The notes under the pieces: generated by a model | Database searches by the model: none | The model's input: only the letters and a program-made list of their open reading frames with translations | Told to the model about the DNA's origin: nothing | Assembly: GCF_001194135.2 (NCBI RefSeq) | Contig: NC_068986.1 | Coordinates: 60,232,219 to 60,275,525 of the forward strand | DNA length: 43,307 nt | Direction of reading: 5' to 3' | Origin: Octopus bimaculoides | Taxonomy: Eukaryota | Program-made: the position numbers and the translations under genes | Shown here: in pieces, positions 1 to 9,429 of the stretch | How the letters are laid out: every line of letters starts with the position of its first letter | Numbering within the stretch: position 1 is the stretch's first letter

Positions 1-5
1 ATACT

Positions 6-110
6 TATATCATAAGGTTTTTAAACTTTTAAATTTTCATATTCAAAAGAGACAGAGACTTCAAATTCGATATATCGAATATGAAAATTTAAAAGTTTAA
101 ACACCTTATG

Positions 111-115
<5 letters not shown>
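6..115. repeat. Short foldback: 39-bp inverted arms around a spacer; a perfect 14-bp palindrome (TTCGATATATCGAA) overlaps the start of the right arm
   Basis: Arm 6-44 (TATATCATAAGGTTTTTAAACTTTTAAATTTTCATATTC) is the reverse complement of 77-115 with one mismatch; palindrome at 66-79. Confidence 0.9.
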
Positions 116-139
<24 letters not shown>

Positions 140-149
<10 letters not shown>

Positions 150-827
150 ATATAAATAATATATAGATATATGCATATATCCATACATATATGTACATAC
201 CTACGTCTGTATCTATACATACATGCATATATGGGTACAGGACATAAAAAAAAACGTTAATCACAATGAGAAACGAAAACATAAAACGAACTTTTTTCGA
301 ACAAAGAAAAAAAAACAAACAGAGAAACGAGACATGCAACATACAGAGCATATCCCTTCGTCAGTTGTCCCTGTTCCATCTACTCCGCTTTTCGAAAGCA
401 AGGACAATACACGGCTTCGTTGGAACAGTCCTTCCCGCAAAGCAAATTAAATAAAATTTGGAATTTTTTGCAGAAGGTGAAAGTGTTAACAAGAACAGGA
501 CAGTGAAAACAAGACAGTAAAAACAATAAAAACACTAAAAACAAAACAGTGAGAACTTGACAGTGAAATCAAACGGTGATGGCTGTTGAGCCAAGATGAT
601 AGAAAAATTATTATGAACGCTAAGTGCCATGATAGAAGAGACAAAAAAAAACACGTCTGTTCTTTAGGATGACCAGTGGGCAGAAAGAAAGAACCCGTTT
701 CGTCACGTGTCAGCGACGAGAGAGTCAAGGAGGAAGAGGAGGAGTGAGAGAGAGAGAGAGAAGGAACGGTGAAAGGGAGAGAAGAATAGGGAAAGGTGGA
801 GCCATTGCAGATTTCTGATGCAGCAGA
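140..827. mobile_element. Dispersed repeat family A (probably non-autonomous/pseudo-LTR part of a Penelope-like element)
   Basis: The blocks ATGCATATATGGGTACAGGACATAAAA...CCTTCGTCAGTTGTCCCTG and CCCGCAAAGCAAATTAAATAAAATTTGG recur at 14400-14650, 31491-32300 and 37540-37700. The PLE link is inferred from adjacency to GIY-YIG remnants and hammerhead-like motifs. Confidence 0.55.
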
Positions 828-908
828 TATATAATTGTTAGAGGACAGCAAACATTAAGGGAAGGCAAACATCTCAAGTCATATACAATATTAGCATTGG
901 AAAAAATT

Positions 909-960
909 TAAAGCTGTTTGTGGGATATCTCCGAGTATAGGATATTCCATCATCAGAGAC
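909..960 (-). ncRNA. Degenerate hammerhead ribozyme copy (inverted twin of 2069-2124)
   Basis: Minus strand: GTCT-CTGATGA-TGGAATATC-loop-GATATCCCA-CAAA-C-AGCT-T-TA. GAAA is mutated to CAAA and the 3' stem I strand is lost. Confidence 0.7.
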
Positions 961-2068
961 AAATAGAGAAAAATAAGGAAAATGAGAGTGATATATATTA
1001 ATGAGATGATGACAAAGACGAAGGGTGTAAAAAAATAAGGAGATTGAGAGAAAGAAGAAAAAAGAAGCATAAAAATTAATAGTTCAACTTCCCGAAGTTG
1101 TAGAAACAAGAGCATAAGTCCTTAGGTGCAATCTTGCAAAGATCTATGTGGGTTAAAAGTGTAGAAGAATTTGTGCTTACATATAGTGAAGGCTTCGTTG
1201 TATTTATTAAGCAATTGTGGTGAGTTGTGGGTTAAAATTTTGAGGTCTTCTTTTTAAGCAGAGTCTATATCTCTTATTTCCACCTTATATCTTACATCTC
1301 TTCTGTCTACCTTACCTCATCACTTTATGAGATAAATATTAATTTTTTAATTTATCCTTAGTTTATTTTTAAACCTTAACCCAATAAATCTCCTAATATA
1401 AATCCCCTAATATCTAACTCTCACTCATAAATAATTTAACATTCAACTAACTCCTCCATTCTCGACTACCGACACACCCATAACTCTATTACTAAAAATA
1501 ACTCTACAGCCACTGACCTTAGCCAAAACGGACACAAGCGTTCATTACTAGATTTCCTTCCAAACACCTATAGACTTTAAGACTACTATAGACACCTACT
1601 ACTCTCTTTAAAATTCCTTTCATTTTGCTCTATATTTTTATACCATCTTCCTCTACCTCCTCATCCTCTCTCTTATATTCTTGGCTTCCCCATACACAAC
1701 TCTTAGACACCATACACCTATACACCTTGCTTTATCCTGAAGCCAATCCTTAAATCTCCCCCCTCACTTTATTTACCTCTCTTTTTATTTCTTTTCTTTT
1801 CTTTCCTTTTACCATTTAGCAGCCACTTCTGGTACCATTCTGTTACTGAACGTTGACATGTTCGTGTTTTTTATGTCAGGATTTTAACTCACATGGATTT
1901 ACACAAGATTGCACCTAAGGACTTATGCTCTTGTTTCTACAACTTTGGAAAATTGACTATGAACTTTTATGCTTCTTTTTGCTTCTTTCTCTCAATCTCC
2001 TTATTTTTTTACTCTCTTCTTCTATGTCATCATCTCATTAATATGTACCTTTCTCATTTTCCCTATTT

Positions 2069-2124
2069 GTCTCTGATGATGTAATATCCTATACACGAAG
2101 ATATCCCAGAAACAGCTGTAAGAC
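2069..2124 (+). ncRNA. Type I minimal hammerhead ribozyme (PLE-type, palindromic loop III)
   Basis: GTCT-CTGATGA-TG..ATATC-loop-GATAT..CA-GAAA-C-AGCT-G-TA-AGAC: intact core, 4-bp stem I, predicted GUA cleavage after 2120. Confidence 0.85.
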
Positions 2125-2500
2125 TGAATTTTTTCCAATGGTAATATTGTATATGACTTGAGATGTTTGCGTTGCCTTAATGTTTGTTCTCTCTTACAAT
2201 TACATTTATATATATATATATATATATATATGTTACTCAAAGGAATTCTAACTCTGTTTTTCACATTTTTGCTATTTATTGATTGTGTAATTTATTGAAT
2301 TTTGGAATAGGGTTTTGTGGTGTATTTGGTTTTCTAGGTGTTTTTGAATGACATTTTTCATTGTTGAGTTTGTTAATAGTTGGTTTTCTCAAAATTATAT
2401 ATGTATATATATATATATATATNNNNNNNNNNNNNNNNNNNNNNNNNNNNNNNNNNNNNNNNNNNNNNNNNNNNNNNNNNNNNNNNNNNNNNNNNTATGA

Positions 2501-3138
2501 ATTGAAAGGTATAATGAATAAACACTCCAATCGATCAAAACAACTTTATATCATTTCCAAATTATCAAAAATCGAATATAAATATATATTAAAATAATAG
2601 AGCACCCAATGGTAAAACCCAATAGTATAAAATATACATATATACACGAATAAAAGGTGATAAAACTTAAAAGGGTAATATGAGTGAAGTTGAATGAAGA
2701 GAAATATATGGAATAAATTCATGCATGATAAAGGTGTCTAAAAATTTAAGGCTACTGAGGTAAAATGACATAAATATAAATATACAAAAATACAAGAGTA
2801 TAAATATAAAAAATATTACACTTTATTTTTTATATTTATACTCTTGTTTTTTTATATATTTATATTTATGTCATTTTACCTCAGTAGCCTTAAATTTTTA
2901 GACACCTTTATCATGCATGAATTTATTCCATATATTTTTCTTCATTCAACTTCACTCATATTACCCTTTTAAGTTTTATCACCTTTTATTCGTGTATATA
3001 TGTATATTTTATACTATTGGGTTTTACCATTGGGTGCCCTATTATTTTAATATATATTTATATTCGATTTTTGATAATTTGGGAATGATATAAACTTGTT
3101 TTAACCGATTGGAATGTTTATTCATTATACCTTTCAAT
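2501..3138. repeat. ~640-bp near-perfect palindrome (315-bp arms, 8-nt loop 2816-2823)
   Basis: 2501-2815 is the reverse complement of 2824-3138 with roughly 9 mismatches by manual count and no net indel. The ORF track shows MECLFIIPFN on both strands. Confidence 0.95.
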
Positions 3139-3179
3139 CTATTTCTCCTAATTAGGAATGGAAGAATTATTCCAGTGGA

Positions 3180-3530
3180 AAGAAGTGTGATAAACAACTG
3201 TAGTTTCAGTGACATTAGTGCATGTCCTCTGCAAAATGAATGCCTTCAGAAGAACCTGAAATACAGATGCACAGTGTGTACCCTAGCAGGTGCATTTGTG
3301 TATATTGGTGTGACTGTGGAATCCTTTAAAAGCAGATATCAGAACCCAATTGAATCATCCAAAAGCATTAATAAGAGATATTGCATGTCACTGGTCTGGA
3401 GACAAACGGATAGATTGCAATGCAATATCACATGGTCTATAATAAACAATGCATATCCCTATAAATACATTCACAAGATCTTGCAATCTTTGTTCTGAAG
3501 AATCCCTCTGCATTCTAAAGAAGATAAAAA
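3180..3530 (+). pseudogene. Penelope-like element GIY-YIG endonuclease fragment
   Basis: ..ACPLQNECLQKNLKYRCTV..AFVYIGVTVESFKSRYQN..ITWSIINNAYPYK: Cys-rich lead-in plus degenerate GIY-YIG typical of PLE pol C-termini; frameshifted at the end. Confidence 0.8.
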
Positions 3531-3575
3531 GAGAGAAAATAGAAACCTTCAGATAATGTAGAAAGTTTAATAGAA

Positions 3576-3612
3576 CCTTTATATTTCAGGCACAAAGCCC
3601 ATCTTCAGAAGA
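3576..3612 (-). ncRNA. Minimal hammerhead-like motif antisense to the adjacent GIY-YIG remnant
   Basis: Minus strand: TCTT-CTGAAGA-T-GGGC-TTTGT-GCCT-GAAA-TA-TA-AAGG; stem III only as a self-complementary ATAT. Confidence 0.55.
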
Positions 3613-3950
3613 AAAGAACAGTCTGAGAAAAGTCCAGTTATGTAGGTACCATTAACCCATTCAAATTCCCTAGTGTTATGTAACAGCAGCAATCTTTCCT
3701 AATGCAGTTGTAATTGACATTCCACACGTTAGTGTAAACAACGCTCTTATTTCCCTATGCATTTTCTTGACCACAGAAAATTTGGTGAACTGGTACTCTA
3801 AGAGACTTATAAGATGCAACCATAGACTGAAATGTTCATTTTCACAGTTTTATAAGAGCAGTTAACTTTTGAAACTCTTTCTGTTTAACCTACTTCAATG
3901 CTTTCTATTCAACCTACTTCAGTTTCTTTCTATTTATTGCATGTATTTAA

Positions 3951-4130
3951 GGCATTGAGCTGGCAGAGTGGTTAACACACTGGGCAAAATGCCTAGTAAC
4001 ATTTCATCTGTTTTTATATTCTGAGTTCAAATTCTGCTGAGGTCAACTTTGCCTTGGTCAATAAAATAAGTACTACTTGAGCACTGGGGTCGATGTGATC
4101 AATTACCTCCTCCCCTGAAATTACTGGCCA
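3951..4130 (+). mobile_element. tRNA-derived SINE, family 1 (degenerate)
   Basis: GAGCTGGCAGAGTGG A-box-like and GAGTTCAAATTC B-box-like motifs; homologous to the better-preserved copy at 24156-24388. Confidence 0.75.
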
Positions 4131-4870
4131 CGACTATGGTTTCACTCGTCTTGACAGGTCAACACAAATATGATATATCGCCAAGGGTCTTGGTCACCTG
4201 TCACTGCCTCCATGAGGCCCAATGCACAAATGGTGCTTTCTACATACCACCGGCATGGGTGCCAGTCAGACAGCACTGGCATCAGCCATGACTACAATTT
4301 CACTCAGTTTGACAGGTCTTCACAAGCACAGCATAACGCCCAGCGATTGAAGGGTGCTTTTAACAGACCAGTTAAAGGACACTGGCATCGGTCACAACTA
4401 TGATCTCACTTGGCTTGATGGAGCGTATCTCCAAAGGTTTTGATTGCTTGTCATTGTCTCTGTGAGGCCCAACATTTGAAGATCATGCTTCACCACTTCA
4501 TCCCATGTTTTCCTGGGTCTACCGTTTCCACAGGTTCTCTCCACTATTAGAGTGCAACACTTCTTTACACAACTGTCCTCATCCATATACATCACATTAC
4601 CATACCAACACAGTCGTCTCTCTTGCACACTACATCTGATGCTTCTTATGTCCAACTTTTCTCTCAGGATGCTTACATTCTGTTATGCCTGCACCACTAA
4701 CATTAAACATCCAGTGGAGTATACTAGCTTCATTTCTTACAAGCCTACACATGTCCTCAGCAGTCAGAGCCCATGTTTCACTGAAAACAATGCAGACTAA
4801 CTTGTAGGAGGCTGTCTGGACCATGCAAGAGTTGGGTGGGTAAGCATACATAGTAGTCTATTGTTTCTTA
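4130..4870 (-). mobile_element. RTE LINE 3' fragment (end of RT ORF plus 3' UTR)
   Basis: DIRSIRCSVQERRLCWYGNVMYMDEDSCVKKC..GRPRKTWDEVVKHDL matches the 3' parts of 17745-19440 and 33561-35770. Confidence 0.85.
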
Positions 4871-5288
4871 TTGTTTCCATGAAATATATTAAAACTGGAT
4901 GGTAATAAATTGACTCTAAATAGAGACTCATCTTAGGCTTATGATGGGATAGATGTTTTATTGGTGCAGAAAGAAGGTAATTTGGGTCCATAAAGGAGAG
5001 AAGGAAATGGTTGACATGTGCTGAAATGGTCAGTTGCAACCCACTTGTCACTTTATCATATTTAAACATGTTTTTCTTCTTCACTTTATTTTCTAGTCTA
5101 ATTCTTTCATTCTGACCTTTAGTCAGAACAGAAGTTTATAGTCAACCGAACCCTTTTATTATTTTTATTATCATTTATATTCTTGTTTTTATTGTCCTTT
5201 GTTTATTTTTTATCTATGTATTTTGATTGTAAGTGTGTCTGTCTGTGAACTGCTGAGAGTATCTAACAAGGTACTTATTAAAACAAAA

Positions 5289-5391
5289 TCACCTGAGAAG
5301 CACATTCTACACCTGGGATGTCAGATAATAGCTAACCAACATCCCACCTATGAGCTATAGGTGTGAGAATGCATAGAAACAATTGTAGTGA
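5289..5391 (+). ncRNA. Hammerhead-like motif with long branched stem II; core lacks one nucleotide
   Basis: TCAC-CTGAGAA..CATTCT-ACACC..TGGGATG/CATCCCA..GGTGT-GAGAATG..GAAA-C-AATT-G-TA-GTGA. Confidence 0.55.
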
Positions 5392-5769
5392 CTTTGAATG
5401 AAGGATGTTGTTAACTCCATTTTCTGTCATTTCTCTATATCTATAAATATGTATATATAATTATGAGTGTGTGCATGTATGTGTGTGTGTATAGGTAGTT
5501 AGGATAAATCCCAGCTGTTTCATTTTGAAGCACAACTGCTATTCCATTATTAGAATCAAATATGTAGTCTCAGTTGCTGCTGTATGTTTGTCAAAATACA
5601 TATTATTATTATTTGTAGAGTAATTGTATAACAAAAAAAAGAAGTTGGAAAATTTATTAGTATTATTCATTCAGGCATGGCTGTGTGGAAAGAATTGGGG
5701 TAGTAGAAATAATTATGATAAAGCTAACATGGTAACAACATCAGAAAATGAAGTCAGAACTGCCATATA

Positions 5770-6170
5770 TACAAATAAATATGATAAGTGCTCATGCAGA
5801 GGAAAATCAAAATGCCTGTTGATGAACCTCTGTATAAGTACAAATCTTGTATATAAATGTACCGTGCACACAAGGAGGAGAGCTGTATGTTTACATTGAG
5901 CAGATGGCTAATTCATTTGAGAATCATTATCGCAACCATGTTGCCAGCTTCAAGAGAATCAATAAGAGACATTCAACACCTTTGGTCAATTTTGTGTGGC
6001 AACTTCAGGAAGATAAAAATTAAGTATAACATAACTTAGTCAATAGTAAGAAACGCAAAACCATACAATATAATTTCCAAGAGATGCCAACTGCTCTGAG
6101 GAAACCCTGTCTATTCTGTGGACCAATGAGAAGATCATTAACAGAATTTCTGAAAGACTCTCAAGATGCC
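5770..6170 (+). pseudogene. Penelope-like GIY-YIG endonuclease fragment (frameshifted)
   Basis: KCSCRGKSKCL..LCISTNLVYKCTVH / ELYVYIEQMANSFENHYRNHVASFKRINKRHSTPLVNFVWQLQEDK. Confidence 0.8.
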
Positions 6171-6578
6171 TACATGCATATAAATGTACTTTCGCACAAT
6201 GCAGTGGGAATGAATTTGAGTAACTGTCAGCATAATTTACTTTAAGGCATGGATGAATTAAGTTTAGCTGTAACCTCCCCATTCTTATAAACACCAAGTA
6301 GCTATTTAACTCACTATATGAACGTGTGTGCACCATACCACACATGTGCGTTTGCTTACATTTTAATGGATGCTTGTATGAGCGTGTGTACATGCACCAT
6401 GCAGCTTGTGTGAGGGCATTTATACATCCACATCTGTTAGTTACTTTTAATACTTTTCTTGCTGTATTATGTGTTCGCTTCTTTCTGTTATTTTATTTTT
6501 GATCTTATATATAAATGAAAATATATCCTTTATTTTGCTGCTTTTCTTTCTATGAAATGAGAAGATACATTTTAATAA

Positions 6579-6723
6579 GTTATATCTATCTATCATCCGA
6601 AGAGACTCATCTTCGCTGTCAGATGCTCCTGAACCAGTTGTTAAGTATCTCACCCTTGAGGGATCAATGCTAGATGTGTTGAAACAATGATTAATAAAAT
6701 GATTAATAAAAATTCTTGCATAT
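6579..6723. repeat. Unclassified ~140-bp dispersed repeat B, copy 1
   Basis: Aligns to 10623-10761 (shared AGAGACTCATCT, GATGCTCCTGAACCAGTTGTTAAGT, GATGCTAGATGTGTTGAAACAAT, ATTAATAAAAATTCT). Confidence 0.8.
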
Positions 6724-6784
6724 TCCATTTTCCAGCTTTCATTTACCATATGTATATATGTATATATCTATGAGTGTATGGCTC

Positions 6785-6998
6785 TGTATCTGTGTTCATC
6801 CCCTACCACAACTGGGGGTGGGGTGTTTATGTCTTATTAACTTAGCAGTTCAGCAAAAAAAAACCAATAGAATAAGTACTAGGCTTTAAAAAAATAAGTA
6901 CGAGAGTCGATTTGTTCAACTAAAACGCTCCAAGGTGGTGCCCGAGCATGGCTGCAGTCAAATGACTGAAACAAGTAAAAGAATAATAAAAGAAAGAA
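6785..6998 (+). mobile_element. SINE 3' body/tail (shared AACTTAGCAGTTC..TAGAATAAGTACTAGGC..AGCATGGC module)
   Basis: The same module occurs at 14850-15030 and 36290-36460; it ends in an AAAG-type repeat tail. Confidence 0.75.
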
Positions 6999-7011
6999 TA
7001 TATATATATCT

Positions 7012-7390
7012 CATCATCATCACGATCGTTTAACGTCCTCTTTCCATGTTGGCATGGGTTGGACGTTTTGACTAAGGGCTGGCAAGCCAGAAGGCTGCAC
7101 CAGGCTCCAATTTGATCTGGCAAAGATTCTACAGCAGGATGCTCTTCCTAATGCCAACCACTCCGAGAGTGTAGTGGGTGCTTTTACATGCCACTGGCAC
7201 GAGGGCCAGTCAGGCGGTACTGGCATTGGCCATGCTCAAATGGTGCTTTTTATGTGCTACCTGCACCTGTGCAGTCCGGCGGCACTGGCAATGACCATGC
7301 TCACGTGGTGTTTTTTACGTGCCACCAGCACAGGAGCCAGTCAGGTGACACTGGCAATGATCACGCTTGAATGGTGCTTTTTACATGATG
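7012..7390 (-). mobile_element. RTE 3' UTR / non-autonomous derivative with short tandem units and (GAT)n tail
   Basis: Reverse complement of the 35321-35770 module (GGAGTGGTTGGCATTAGGAAGAGCATCC..CCCATGCCAACATGGAAAGAGGACGTTAAACGAT..GATGATGAT). Confidence 0.8.
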
Positions 7391-7829
7391 GTGTGTTCCA
7401 TTAAGAATGTGGCAGAGTACAGTATAAAGCTCATCCACCCTCAGAATTTGTCAATTTGATATATATATATATATATATGTGTGTGAACAAATAGTGAGGT
7501 ATTATCAATCCGGGCAAAATATTTGATAAGCTCTCTATTGGTACACAGAGCTAATAATATTACTTAGATAAGTGAAGAACTCCAGGTAATCTTTTGGTAG
7601 GGTCCAAGCTTATGGTTCATCACAATTCTATATTGTAAATCTATGGATGGGCTCCAGACAAATTGGTTTTTACACAGTGATATATAAGAAACAAGTTTAA
7701 AATAATGATCATTACATAGTATTCCTTTATTAGAACAAATTTGGCCATAAAGAAATATGTAATAACCATTATTTTTAACTTGTTTCTCATATATATATAT
7801 ATATATATATATATGCATATGTATATGTA

Positions 7830-7856
7830 CTAGCTTAGTATCCTGTCATTGCCAGG
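7830..7856 (-). mobile_element. Possible Helitron 3' terminus
   Basis: Minus strand: CCTGGCAATGACAGG imperfect hairpin, 8 nt, then CTAG|T. Confidence 0.4.
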
Positions 7857-8683
7857 TAATTTTCACAATTTGGCAGATTTTTTTGAAATAGCACACTCAC
7901 ATAAATTAGATTCATAAAAAGATTCACTCAATCTTATTTATTTGGAATTATACTACAGAATGTGACCCCTATTTTTAAGATGATAGGAAATGATTTGAAG
8001 GACTTTCGCAAATTCACACATTGAACTGTCTGGTGAATGAGATTATGAGCTATTCATGTCTTTGATAATGAATATTTGAGATGTAAATAGAGTGAATTAC
8101 CTTCAGTTGAGGTTCTTATCTATTCATATATTGTTATTTTGACAAAAAAATCCTCCTTTGATTAAAATTTGATGAGTACAGAGTTAACAATATATATTAA
8201 TGTACAATATAGATAAAAATTAAATAACTTCAATTGCTATTTTGGCTTCAACTAACCAAAATATGGAATAAACAAGACAATTGTAGAAAGAAAATATTTT
8301 ATAGAATTGTAAACAACATCACAATGTGCAATTGTTTGAACTACAAGATGTTTCGGTTGAAAGAAAACTAATTTAATAAACAAGTGACATACATGGCATA
8401 AAGCAGCTTTAATCAATAAAAGGAAAATGTTTCCTTCTTATATAAGTACTTGGTACAATACTTTATGTATATGAATAGAAACAGATATGCATATGTACAT
8501 GTGTCTTCTCCATGGGTTTAGAAATTTATATATTTGGAATGGCAACATGTTCAGTGCTGTCTCTCTTATATAAACTGATGTTTATGTTGATGTATTTTGA
8601 TTCATATCCTCTAAATAAATTCTATCTTCTTTCCTATCTACATGCCTGCCTACCTACCTACATATTTATCTATCTACTTTAAC

Positions 8684-8722
<39 letters not shown>

Positions 8723-8899
8723 GCTGATTCTACTCTTGACACTTATATTAGAGTAAATTTTGACCGGCCACCTACTTGGTAGCAAGATTGTGAAAGAAAG
8801 TAACTTTTTTTAACCATCATCCCTTAAATCTTAAGAAGGTCTTGCAGATTTTTATAATCCCCAGTATGATCAGTTGTAGAATATGAGTTAAAGATCTGC

Positions 8900-9420
8900 A
8901 TTATGTATGTATTTATGTATAGTTTTTCTTTGAGTTTTTGAGAGAGTTCAAGCCAGTTACTAACAAAGCAACAAAACTTTTTGAGTTAAGTGAGTTCCTG
9001 GTGTTTGTAAATATGTGGATGTGAGTTGGTATGTTGGTTGAACTGTCGATACATACACCTATGCGTGCATATGTTCACATAAGATTTTCAGATGGAGAAT
9101 TTTTGGAATGTCTTACAAAACTTCACTGTGCCACTAATAGATTGAATTTGGAGAATCTGCATCAGTTTCTTTTGCTCTTTTTCCATGAAACCATGTATTT
9201 TTAGGTTTTTGTGTAAATTTTTTGGCACCCAACCTAATGCACCTGTGATGATGGGTACAAATGAGAATGTAAGTTCCACATTAATTTGCCATAAATGTTC
9301 TCTTCTTCCTGGACTTTTGATTGTACATTCACATCCACTTGCAGCCGACTTCTACAACAGTGCATGATTTTTATCCTTATAATCATTGCTACTAATGATG
9401 TTAAGGATAAATCTTACAGT
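8900..9420 (-). mobile_element. R4/Dong-like (RLE) LINE 3' fragment
   Basis: ..FSFVPIITGALGWVPKNLHKNL..LQIQSISGTVKFCKTFQKF resembles the C-terminus of a restriction-like endonuclease. Confidence 0.65.
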
Positions 9421-9429
9421 TGACAAGCC

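Larger units (their letters stand above)
828..2205. mobile_element. Penelope-like element remnant with inverted ~325-bp pseudo-LTRs (828-1158 and 1882-2205)
   Basis: The two arms are reverse complements and each carries a hammerhead motif. The minus strand at ~1150-1300 reads ..RLCL/KEDLKILTHNSPQLLNKYNEAFTICKHKFFYTFN, resembling a PLE GIY-YIG C-terminus. Confidence 0.7.

Noticed and set aside
3495-3501. CTGAAGA (and CTGAGGA at ~6096)
   Set aside because: They fall in GIY-YIG coding sequence (C-S-E-E) with no hammerhead stems.
5510-5575. Minus-strand CTGAGA...GAAACAGCTGGG
   Set aside because: The core is incomplete, there is no UH site and no stem I pairing.
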